64,000 nucleotides of DNA, from the NCBI GenBank assembly GCA_051362555.1, contig CM120647.1:18204651-18268650 (forward strand). Direction: 5' to 3'. Of the stretch, positions 1 through 13,200 are shown piece by piece. Source of the stretch: Lingula anatina (Eukaryota > Animalia > Brachiopoda). The first letter of the stretch is position 1; each line of letters starts with the position of its first letter. The translations under genes and the position numbers were made by a program. The notes beneath the pieces were generated by a model. That model ran no database searches and was not told where the DNA came from. It was given only the letters and a program-made list of their open reading frames with translations.

Positions 1-414
1 TGCCACATGTACGTAATTGTGTATAAACCCGGTGACATTCGTTGGTATCTTTAAAATATTATGGACATTTTTTTCTCCATGGAAATCACCGTGAAACATC
101 AGATTCAAAAGGGATTCATGTTCATGTCTTTTATTTTAGTAAATGACTTCAAATATACATATCTTCACTTGTGAATATTCTGTACATCAAGTCACGATAT
201 ATGTAAATCTAATCCTTCATCAATTCAGACGCCCTGGCTTTCAACCCCCCACCCCCCACCCCCCACCCACCAGCAACGTTATGGTATATGTGATATCAGA
301 GTTGTTTGACGAAGGCTCGAAATGTCATGAATCATAATTTAAAAGGCAGAAAACATGTTTATTTCACAGGAGCCAAAGCAAATAATATTTTAACGTCATC
401 ATTAATCGTTGCAG

Positions 415-1235
415 TGTCAGATCAAGAAACCGATATTCATCATTGGACCGGCTCGCTCTGGGACGACCTTCCTTCTGAATCTACTATACGAGGATCCTGG
501 TAACACTTCACCCAGATATTACGAGACGATGCACCCTGTGGAGGAGGTGACGGTAGAGGGGAAAGAACGAAGACTTATGACCGAACAACGAGCATTGGGT
601 ATTCTCATTTTCTGTTTTTAATCCAAAAAATGGCTACATAATAAAATAAAGGTAGAGCGCTTTAGCTACTCGTACGTTGCCATCCCATTGTAAAATTTAA
701 AGAGATAATTGGCGATTGTATTGTTTTTTTTTTTTCTATCTGTAGTTCTTTAGGCTTAACGTCTAACAATTTTTAAAGATTTCGATTTTTAGGAGGAATA
801 TTTAACAAAATGTCCAATTTAAATCTTTGAATGGGGCTTGTGTCTTTTCTTTTTATCTGCTACTGTGTTTAATAATAAGGTGATTACATGTACTCAGTGT
901 GATCACTTACAATATCCGCCTTTTCCACAAATAAAAATGCCTATTGAACCGTACTAAAATGTTAGATTTATATCAAATTCTCTTGTTTTATACATAGCCG
1001 CGGTGTACAAGGAGATGCCGGAAATGAAAGCTCAGCATTATATACACGCTGACAGAGCGTACGAGTGCTACCATCTAATGGACCAAATGGGGCTGTTTAA
1101 GAACTTCCGGTTACTCACAGGAAACTTCCAGGAATACGAGGCATGGCAAATAACGCTGACCAAGGATCAAATGGTGGAAGTTTACCGATTCCATAAATTG
1201 CAAATGCAACTCATCCTTTTGGGAAGAAGCAAAGG

Positions 1236-1273
<38 letters not shown>

Positions 1274-4200
1274 TGTGTGTGTGTGCGTGTGTGTGTGTGT
1301 ATTTGTGTGAGTGTAGCCATGTGAGTGCGCAGTGGCGGATTTCGGAGGTGGGGTCAGGGGGGCTGTTTTCCCTCGATTTCTGAAAAAAATTACCTCTTGA
1401 AATTTGAATTTTGACTAGCTGAATCATAGTTCTAAACCGTACCAAATGGCACCGTTCGCCCTCTATATACCAAGAGTAGTATAAGTAAGTCGTTTTCGAC
1501 CTGCATTTTGGAACGGGGCTATATACTTTCAATGTAATTTTTTTTAGTGAACCTTGAACCTTTTACGGGGCAGTATAATTTTAATGTAATTTCTTAGTGA
1601 CCCCTGAAGCAGAAATGAGGCAAGCGAATTTTAATGACGATCATTTTAGTGTGAATGAGGGACGAGCAAATTCTAATAATGATTCAATAAAACCTAGTAG
1701 GAGTTTTTTTTTAAGAATAAATATAATTGTATAGCGAGCTAAGAAGCGTAAGGAAGGAGGTATTTCTTATGTAATTGTATAGCGAGCAAAGAAACGTAAA
1801 GGAGGGGTTTGTATGGTTATTTTTAGCTATATTTAATTTCAGGAGTTATTGGAAAAAGTTTTTGATTATTTATTTATTGAAAAGGCAATTTGGAACCCTT
1901 TTTTTCTAGAAATGCGCAGAAGAATGCGTTTGGTGCGCCCTCACCCGTCTCGTGTTTGTGAATATACAGCTGAATGCGCTAAGGCTTGCGTGAGCTAGAA
2001 ACCTCTTGAAAATACAATGCATCTAAGCGGTCTGGGCCAACCATGCAGAAAATTGATTTTGTCATTTCTGATGTCTCCTAGCTGACCCGTGATATGCTTA
2101 CAAAGGAAAGTTCTAGAATATTTTCGGGAATCATTGCAATAATTAAGACACAGAGGGAGTTTTAGAATATACTGGAACTTTGAAAAGTTTTTTTTTTTAA
2201 TATAAAAATCATAGACACCTAGGTTTCTGCACCTCACATACCGGCAATATATCAAAAGTATTATTGTATGCGCAGTGAACCTATGCAGTCTGCGCCAGCC
2301 ATGCGGTAAATTGATTTTGCTATCACTGATGTCTCTGAGCTGACCTGTGATATGTTCGCAAAGAAAAGTTCTAGAATATTTTGGGAAATATTGCAATAAG
2401 ACACAGAGGGAGTTTTAGAATATACTGGAACTGTGAAAAGTTTTTTTTTTTTTTTTGAAATATTAAAATCATAGACGCCTAGGTACATGCACTTCACATA
2501 CTGGTAACATATGAATATTATTTATTGTATGCGCAGTGCACCCAAGCAGTCTGCGCCAGCCATGCAATAAATTGATTTCATATGCTAGTACTGGCTATAT
2601 ATGAATAGTATTTGTTATACTACACACGTGCATCAGACCTAAGCGGCCTGTGCCAGCCATGCAATAAATTGATTTCATATACCTGGACTGAGAATATATC
2701 AATAGCATTTAATGTACAGGGTGTATTAGGTACTGCTTAACTCGTGTTAATACATCGTTCAAAAATTTGATCTGTAAAGACCCATTCTGCTCTGCGCTAT
2801 GCATGTGTTTTTCTCTGCACAAGCACTCTTATGAATTCTCATAAAAATATATATATATTTCGCATTTTAGAATTGTAAAATCTTATGAATTATGAAAATT
2901 GAAATCGTTACGAATATAAAACTCGAAATACGAATTCATACAATAAGTGAATTTTGGTATTTTGCATTTTTACAAAACGCAAATTTTGAATTGCACAATT
3001 TATTATTTCTTACGAATCTTATTTATTTTTCAAACGAAGTACTGTACCTCACAAAGCTTTTGATCACTACCGTGACCTTAGCCATTCGTTGTGAACATCA
3101 TCTCACATAAATCATTTTACTATGACCTATAAGTTTAATTTAGTTGTAGTATAATAGAAAATAAAATCAAACATGTAGAATTCATAACAGAAAATATAAT
3201 ATGTGTAATGTTGGTAATTGATATTTATATGAATAAAGAATGCGGAGACCTTTGTAGACTGACACGAAGAACGAAAAATGTACTGTGCTTTCTACTTCGC
3301 GTAGCAACTAAAGTGGAAGATCGTCACATGCTTCTATACACCACAATGGTGACACTTTGAATGGTACTGGTTGTATATGTTTGCTGACCAGCTTTCTGCA
3401 TTATTCGAGTAAAATGGGGACATGCCTGGACAACATTCACAATTTAAACAAAAAAATTTTCATATACATTTAAAGGTTCTTTCAAAGACTTTCTCTATGG
3501 CAATTTTTCCTTTATCCGTCAAAGCACGAGTGCCAACCCCGGCGAAATCATGTGTGAGTTCTGGCACACCTGGATATAATTTAAACATTCTTCGTACATC
3601 ATCATACTTGTACCATTGACATGATCCTTCCTCTCTCACAGTCCCCTCATTTTTAAAAGAATCAAAAACATAGACGAGTTTATTACTGTCCACTGCCAGT
3701 TGCACGGCCCATCCTGTTCCCCCATCCACCATTTTGTTCCCGACAATTTTTCCCACAGCAAAAACAGCATTGGAATTTTTCACCTGATACCAGTTACGTT
3801 GAAGTAAACGGTCAACAAAAGATTTGCCCGTGGGAAATCGTCTGCGTAGTGAAACATTGGCTTTTAACAAGTGCACATTAGAATCATTTAGTTCATTTTT
3901 ATTCAGAACTTTTCTAATACATGTCACTCCCGTTGGCCCCACCAGAATGGTTGACATACAAAGCTGGTGTGTTGACAGTTTGCTGTTGATTGAATATACT
4001 TTGAGTCAAATTTTAACTGTCGTCTGGAGATGACCCCCGTTCTTCTGCAGCTCTAAGCAGTTCTTTGTATTCGACATCCTGAGAATGAAATGAACTAGAC
4101 ATCTTCCTGTTTTTGCAGTGTGAATAAAAATGTTAACACAGCCTGGAATATGTGATGATAATCGGTTATTGCCTGGAAAAATGAATGGCCGTATGAAATG

Positions 4201-7200
4201 TTTAGCTGGAATGAAATTTCCAACGTAGACACAGAGCAATATTGTATTTACCTAGGGGAAATTATTTCCTTTAGCACGGCTGTCAGTGTGCAGAGTATTT
4301 ACTGAACGAGATAGACTTGGGATCAGCGAGACCTCCTTTGTTGTAAAGTCTCCTTATATTTTAGCGACTATAAACACTGTCAGCAACAGTAGACTTGAAT
4401 AGATGTGGTTCTGCTCGACGTGTAACATTGGAATATAAAATGCATATGCACAATAGTTTGTTGCCTGACAGGTGAAGTCAACCACGATGTCCAGCGCAGT
4501 CACAATGCGCTTAGTGAGAACCAAACACAGTGAGACTTAATGCCTCAACGGCGTCGAACGCAGTAACATCACATTGCAGTCTACGCTCGTCTAAAAAGAC
4601 CCTTCGTATTCAAACACACATAATATAAGATATTCTGTTGAGTCACGAATCTGGAATATTCCTATTATTTTCCGAATTTCAATAGAACATTCCATAACAT
4701 AATACTCAGAAAAGAGATCTGGGACATTCCTATTATCTTTTTAGCCGGTTTTAACTGGTTTTCGGATATTGTATAACCGCTTCTTAATCAACATTTCGAT
4801 AGACACGTTTTATTATACAATTAAAAAAAACATTCCATAGCATAATACTAAGAAAAAAGATCTGGAATATTCCTATTATCTTCGGAATTTCAATAGAAAA
4901 TTCCATAACATAATACTAATACTCGAATATTCCTATTATTTTCCGAATTTCAATAGAACATTCCATAAAATAATACTAAGAAAAGAGTTGAGGCACGGAT
5001 CTGGGACATTCCTATTATCTTTACAGCCGGTTTTAACCGTTATTTTATTTTATTATTATTATTTTTTTTTGAAAAAAGAAAATGTTGAGTAATTAATTTA
5101 CACTGCGTATACATATCCCGTAATTCAAAGGACACGGGCAGGCAAAATGGATCACTCAAAATTAGTGACAGTGAATTGGTCGCACATTTAGAACAGGTCA
5201 AAACCGAAAGCGACGTCCACCACTTACAAACTTTTGAAAAACAAGATTTTATTTTGCCAAAGATGGCCACTGTCTTATCGTTTAGTCACGGATATTGTTT
5301 ATTTTTTCTTTATTCAAAGGCCAAGTTTGAAATGATTTATTACATAATTATTTGAAGGAAAATTTCAAAGTCATCATGTTTTGCTGAAAGAATTACAGAG
5401 CCATTTTTTTTTTTTTTTTTTTGCCAAAGATGGCCATTGTATTATGGTTGCTATAATTCACTTCAAACATCAGTCCCCACTGTACCAGTGTTATGTACTA
5501 TGCTTGAAACAACCTGTAGGTAATTCTAATGATGACATTTCTGAGTTACGAGGTCTAAGGAATCTATTGCTCACTACTGTTTTTATCGTGTACGCTACTA
5601 CGACCAGTCCTAGGCTGATCAAAGCTCCTACGGTGCCAGTTAAACCTTCTGAAAAAATTAAAAACAAAAAAGTACGCAAATTAAGCAGTGTCATTTGTGG
5701 CTCAGCCACCGAATCATGTATGATTTAATTTATGTCAAAGTCTCTAGGTTCCACATAAGTAATTGTACTGCGTGTATTATATATATCTGATTAGTGTGAT
5801 CTACTCTTGAATTAAGTTTTACTAATCTTCACAACAAACAGTAAAGCACGCACTCGTCTCCACTGCACCATATTATGTACTGGTACTATGCGTAAAATGT
5901 CCTTGAAGTCTGCTTATGTAGGGAATTCTAATGATGACAGTTCTAAGTTACCAGGTCTAAGGGATCTATTGCTCATTATTGCTCGTTTTTATCTTGTACG
6001 CTGCCACAACTAGTCCTAGGCTGATCAAGCTCCTACGGTGATAGCTAAACCATCTGATAAAAATAGTAAAAATCAAAACATTGTATGCAAATTAAACAAT
6101 GTCATTCATGGCTCACATAAGTATTTGTACCGCTTGTATTATATATCTGATAAGTGTAAAACACGCACATTGTAGGAAACCTCTGAGTCACGAAGCTGGA
6201 ATATTCTTAAGACATAATATCTATTTTACTTATCTGGGATATTCTCTCTTTGTCAGTAGGAAAACGCAGAGTCACGGATCTGTAACATGTAGAATAATTT
6301 GGAATTATGAAAAAAATCTCCGTCTTTGCATAGAAATAATCAGACACGTCTGGGTATCATATGTTTGTCAAGCGGATTTGCAAATGTACAGAATAAATTA
6401 GTGTCTGGTACACACGCGTCTGTCAGGCGAATTTGCACATGTCAAAAGTATTTAGTGTTGAGGTGAAATGAATATTGTATTTGAACGGACAAAGCAGTCA
6501 GCTGGTATACTGCTGTTTAGCAATAATGAATGGCAAAATCTGTTTATTGACAAGGTAGAACACGGACATTTTACAATGTCATTACATCTTAGTGACACTC
6601 ACACAATGCATTATTTTTACTAACCATTTGGTCGTTCTTTTGTATCAATAAATCAGTTTATGGTTATTTATTTCAATATTTGTATGTTTAATAAGAACAT
6701 ACTTATAAACTGTGCAATTCAGTCATTGTCAACTGCACCATAGGTTGAGTTTTATGGACAGCAACTACGCGCCACAATATACTTTACAACAACAATATTT
6801 TTCTGCAAAAGGAATTTTATTCTGCTCACACGTAATACAACGAGTTGGATATGCGACCACAGTGTCCCCTGCTCTGTCTACCCTCAGTCGCTCCTTTGAA
6901 TGGCTCTGTTAGACCTACACGTCTACTTTCCTGACTATGAATGCGGCAAAACGCTACATTTTCATAATAACGAAATTAGGGTGACAGGTGGTTCATATCT
7001 CACGCCATGGTTAGATGTTTTGATCAACATTTACTTCATTATTAGAAACACTGATTCTCGACCTTCGACTTATAATTGTGATTTTCCCTGTTCTTTGATT
7101 ATCCGTATGCATTCTACAAAAAAGTGAATTTTGAATTGTAAATCTTATAAATTATGAAAACTGAAATGTTTAGAAAAATAAAGTTTAAAATACGAGTTCA

Positions 7201-10200
7201 TACAAAAAAGTGAATTTTGGCATTTTGCATTTTTACAAAACGCGAATTTTGAATTGCACAATTTATTAATACTAACGAACCTTATTTATTTTTCAAATGA
7301 AGTACTGTTCCTCACAAAGCTTTTAATCACTACCGGGACCTTCCTTATTTGCATCATCTCACATAAATCCTTTTACTAATGACCGATAAGTTTAATTAAG
7401 TTGCAGTAGAATAGAAAACAAAATCAAAGTAGATGCAGAACTCGTAACAGAAAATATAATATTTGTAATATTGATAATTGATATTTATATGAGTAAAGAA
7501 TGCAGAGACCTTTGTAAAATAGACTGACACGAAGAACGAAAATGTATTGTGGTTTCTACTTTTCGTAGCAACTAAGGTGGAAGATTACACTATCGCCACC
7601 AGCTTCTATACACCACAATGGTGACACTTTGAATAGCACTGAATGGACGGTTGTATTTGTTTGCTGACCAGCTTTTTGCGTTATTTGAGAAAAAAAGGGG
7701 GGGGGGCATGCCTGGACATGTCATGACTCCTCTTTCTTCAATCTTCCTCGTCAGGGGGACCCCCCAAAACTATGAAACGGAAAGGGACGGTAAAGGGGAA
7801 ATGGGTCTTCCTCGTCAGGGGGACCCATTTCCCCTTTATGCCCCCCCCCCCCTTTTTTTTCTCAAATAACGCAAAAAGCTGGTCAGCAAACAAATACAAC
7901 CGTCCATTCAGTGCTATTCAAAGTGTCACCATTGTGGTGTATAGAAGCTGGTGGCGATAGTGTAATCTTCCACCTTAGTTGCTACGAAAAGTAGAAACCA
8001 CAATACATTTTCGTTCTTCGTGTCAGTCTATTTTACAAAGGTCTCTGCATTCTTTACTCATATAAATATCAATTATCAATATTACAAATATTATATTTTC
8101 TGTTACGAGTTCTGCATCTACTTTGATTTTGTTTTCTATTCTACTGCAACTTAATTAAACTTATCGGTCATTAGTAAAAGGATTTATGTGAGATGATGCA
8201 AATAAGGAAGGTCCCGGTAGTGATTAAAAGCTTTGTGAGGAACAGTACTTCATTTGAAAAATAAATAAGGTTCGTTAGTATTAATAAATTGTGCAATTCA
8301 AAATTCGCGTTTTGTAAAAATGCAAAATGCCAAAATTCACTTTTTTGTATGAACTCGTATTTTAAACTTTATTTTTCTAAACATTTCAGTTTTCATAATT
8401 TATAAGATTTACAATTCAAAATTCACTTTTTTGTAGAATGCATACGGATAATCAAAGAACAGGGAAAATCACAATTATAAGTCGAAGGTCGAGAATCAGT
8501 GTTTCTAATAATGAAGTAAATGTTGATCAAAACATCTAACCATGGCGTGAGATATGAACCACCTGTCACCCTAATTTCGTTATTATGAAAATGTAGCGTT
8601 TTGCCGCATTCATAGTCAGGAAAGTAGACGTGTAGGTCTAACAGAGCCATTCAAAGGAGCGACTGAGGGTAGACAGAGCAGGGGACACTGTGGTCGCATA
8701 TCCAACTCGTTGTATTACGTGTGAGCAGAATAAAATTCCTTTTGCAGAAAAATATTGTTGTTGTAAAGTATATTGTGGCGCGTAGTTGCTGTCCATAAAA
8801 CTCAACCTATGGTGCAGTTGACAATGACTGAATTGCACAGTTTATAAGTATGTTCTTATTAAACATACAAATATTGAAATAAATAACCATAAACTGATTT
8901 ATTGATACAAAAGAACGACCAAATGGTTAGTAAAAATAATGCATTGTGTGAGTGTCACTAAGATGTAATGACATTGTAAAATGTCCGTGTTCTACCTTGT
9001 CAATAAACAGATTTTGCCATTCATTATTGCTAAACAGCAGTATACCAGCTGACTGCTTTGTCCGTTCAAATACAATATTCATTTCACCTCAACACTAAAT
9101 ACTTTTGACATGTGCAAATTCGCCTGACAGACGCGTGTGTACCAGACACTAATTTATTCTGTACATTTGCAAATCCGCTTGACAAACATATGATACCCAG
9201 ACGTGTCTGATTATTTCTATGCAAAGACGGAGATTTTTTTCATAATTCCAAATTATTCTACATGTTACAGATCCGTGACTCTGCGTTTTCCTACTGACAA
9301 AGAGAGAATATCCCAGATAAGTAAAATAGATATTATGTCTTAAGAATATTCCAGCTTCGTGACTCAGAGGTTTCCTACAATGTGCGTGTTTTACACTTAT
9401 CAGATATATAATACAAGCGGTACAAATACTTATGTGAGCCATGAATGACATTGTTTAATTTGCATACAATGTTTTGATTTTTACTATTTTTATCAGATGG
9501 TTTAGCTATCACCGTAGGAGCTTGATCAGCCTAGGACTAGTTGTGGCAGCGTACAAGATAAAAACGAGCAATAATGAGCAATAGATCCCTTAGACCTGGT
9601 AACTTAGAACTGTCATCATTAGAATTCCCTACATAAGCAGACTTCAAGGACATTTTACGCATAGTACCAGTACATAATATGGTGCAGTGGAGACGAGTGC
9701 GTGCTTTACTGTTTGTTGTGAAGATTAGTAAAACTTAATTCAAGAGTAGATCACACTAATCAGATATATATAATACACGCAGTACAATTACTTATGTGGA
9801 ACCTAGAGACTTTGACATAAATTAAATCATACATGATTCGGTGGCTGAGCCACAAATGACACTGCTTAATTTGCGTACTTTTTTGTTTTTAATTTTTTCA
9901 GAAGGTTTAACTGGCACCGTAGGAGCTTTGATCAGCCTAGGACTGGTCGTAGTAGCGTACACGATAAAAACAGTAGTGAGCAATAGATTCCTTAGACCTC
10001 GTAACTCAGAAATGTCATCATTAGAATTACCTACAGGTTGTTTCAAGCATAGTACATAACACTGGTACAGTGGGGACTGATGTTTGAAGTGAATTATAGC
10101 AACCATAATACAATGGCCATCTTTGGCAAAAAAAAAAAAAAAAAAATGGCTCTGTAATTCTTTCAGCAAAACATGATGACTTTGAAATTTTCCTTCAAAT

Positions 10201-13200
10201 AATTATGTAATAAATCATTTCAAACTTGGCCTTTGAATAAAGAAAAAATAAACAATATCCGTGACTAAACGATAAGACAGTGGCCATCTTTGGCAAAATA
10301 AAATCTTGTTTTTCAAAAGTTTGTAAGTGGTGGACGTCGCTTTCGGTTTTGACCTGTTCTAAATGTGCGACCAATTCACTGTCACTAATTTTGAGTGATC
10401 CATTTTGCCTGCCCGTGTCCTTTGAATTACGGGATATGTATACGCAGTGTAAATTAATTACTCAACATTTTCTTTTTTCAAAAAAAAATAATAATAATAA
10501 AATAAAATAACGGTTAAAACCGGCTGTAAAGATAATAGGAATGTCCCAGATCCGTGCCTCAACTCTTTTCTTAGTATTATTTTATGGAATGTTCTATTGA
10601 AATTCGGAAAATAATAGGAATATTCGAGTATTAGTATTATGTTATGGAATTTTCTATTGAAATTCCGAAGATAATAGGAATATTCCAGATCTTTTTTCTT
10701 AGTATTATGCTATGGAATGTTTTTTTTAATTGTATAATAAAACGTGTCTATCGAAATGTTGATTAAGAAGCGGTTATACAATATCCGAAAACCAGTTAAA
10801 ACCGGCTAAAAAGATAATAGGAATGTCCCAGATCTCTTTTCTGAGTATTATGTTATGGAATGTTCTATTGAAATTCGGAAAATAATAGGAATATTCCAGA
10901 TTCGTGACTCAACAGAATATCTTATATTATGTGTGTTTGAATACGAAGGGTCTTTTTAGACGAGCGTAGACTGCAATGTGATGTTACTGCGTTCGACGCC
11001 GTTGAGGCATTAAGTCTCACTGTGTTTGGTTCTCACTAAGCGCATTGTGACTGCGCTGGACATCGTGGTTGACTTCACCTGTCAGGCAACAAACTATTGT
11101 GCATATGCATTTTATATTCCAATGTTACACGTCGAGCAGAACCACATCTATTCAAGTCTACTGTTGCTGACAGTGTTTATAGTCGCTAAAATATAAGGAG
11201 ACTTTACAACAAAGGAGGTCTCGCTGATCCCAAGTCTATCTCGTTCAGTAAATACTCTGCACACTGACAGCCGTGCTAAAGGAAATAATTTCCCCTAGGT
11301 AAATACAATATTGCTCTGTGTCTACGTTGGAAATTTCATTCCAGCTAAACATTTCATACGGCCATTCATTTTTCCAGGCAATAACCGATTATCATCACAT
11401 ATTCCAGGCTGTGTTAACATTTTTATTCACACTGCAAAAACAGGAAGATGTCTAGTTCATTTCATTCTCAGGATGTCGAATACAAAGAACTGCTTAGAGC
11501 TGCAGAAGAACGGGGGTCATCTCCAGACGACAGTTAAAATTTGACTCAAAGTATATTCAATCAACAGCAAACTGTCAACACACCAGCTTTGTATGTCAAC
11601 CATTCTGGTGGGGCCAACGGGAGTGACATGTATTAGAAAAGTTCTGAATAAAAATGAACTAAATGATTCTAATGTGCACTTGTTAAAAGCCAATGTTTCA
11701 CTACGCAGACGATTTCCCACGGGCAAATCTTTTGTTGACCGTTTACTTCAACGTAACTGGTATCAGGTGAAAAATTCCAATGCTGTTTTTGCTGTGGGAA
11801 AAATTGTCGGGAACAAAATGGTGGATGGGGGAACAGGATGGGCCGTGCAACTGGCAGTGGACAGTAATAAACTCGTCTATGTTTTTGATTCTTTTAAAAA
11901 TGAGGGGACTGTGAGAGAGGAAGGATCATGTCAATGGTACAAGTATGATGATGTACGAAGAATGTTTAAATTATATCCAGGTGTGCCAGAACTCACACAT
12001 GATTTCGCCGGGGTTGGCACTCGTGCTTTGACGGATAAAGGAAAAATTGCCATAGAGAAAGTCTTTGAAAGAACCTTTAAATGTATATGAAAATTTTTTT
12101 GTTTAAATTGTGAATGTTGTCCAGGCATGTCCCCATTTTACTCGAATAATGCAGAAAGCTGGTCAGCAAACATATACAACCAGTACCATTCAAAGTGTCA
12201 CCATTGTGGTGTATAGAAGCATGTGACGATCTTCCACTTTAGTTGCTACGCGAAGTAGAAAGCACAGTACATTTTTCGTTCTTCGTGTCAGTCTACAAAG
12301 GTCTCCGCATTCTTTATTCATATAAATATCAATTACCAACATTACACATATTATATTTTCTGTTATGAATTCTACATGTTTGATTTTATTTTCTATTATA
12401 CTACAACTAAATTAAACTTATAGGTCATAGTAAAATGATTTATGTGAGATGATGTTCACAACGAATGGCTAAGGTCACGGTAGTGATCAAAAGCTTTGTG
12501 AGGTACAGTACTTCGTTTGAAAAATAAATAAGATTCGTAAGAAATAATAAATTGTGCAATTCAAAATTTGCGTTTTGTAAAAATGCAAAATACCAAAATT
12601 CACTTATTGTATGAATTCGTATTTCGAGTTTTATATTCGTAACGATTTCAATTTTCATAATTCATAAGATTTTACAATTCTAAAATGCGAAATATATATA
12701 TATTTTTATGAGAATTCATAAGAGTGCTTGTGCAGAGAAAAACACATGCATAGCGCAGAGCAGAATGGGTCTTTACAGATCAAATTTTTGAACGATGTAT
12801 TAACACGAGTTAAGCAGTACCTAATACACCCTGTACATTAAATGCTATTGATATATTCTCAGTCCAGGTATATGAAATCAATTTATTGCATGGCTGGCAC
12901 AGGCCGCTTAGGTCTGATGCACGTGTGTAGTATAACAAATACTATTCATATATAGCCAGTACTAGCATATGAAATCAATTTATTGCATGGCTGGCGCAGA
13001 CTGCTTGGGTGCACTGCGCATACAATAAATAATATTCATATGTTACCAGTATGTGAAGTGCATGTACCTAGGCGTCTATGATTTTAATATTTCAAAAAAA
13101 AAAAAAAAACTTTTCACAGTTCCAGTATATTCTAAAACTCCCTCTGTGTCTTATTGCAATATTTCCCAAAATATTCTAGAACTTTTCTTTGCGAACATAT

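Noticed and set aside
1995-3110. Short ORFs in the arm repeats (133, 78 and 72 aa) and their mirror copies
   Set aside because: They overlap tandem or AT-rich repeats, have no recognisable motifs, and one is frameshifted between arms by a homopolymer difference.
4641-5040. CRISPR-like array
   Set aside because: Units are degenerate tandem copies without unique spacers of regular length; there are no cas genes and the context is eukaryotic.
6099-7127. ORFs of 100, 66 and 75 aa as Polinton core genes
   Set aside because: Too short, with no pPolB, integrase, ATPase, protease or capsid motifs recognised.
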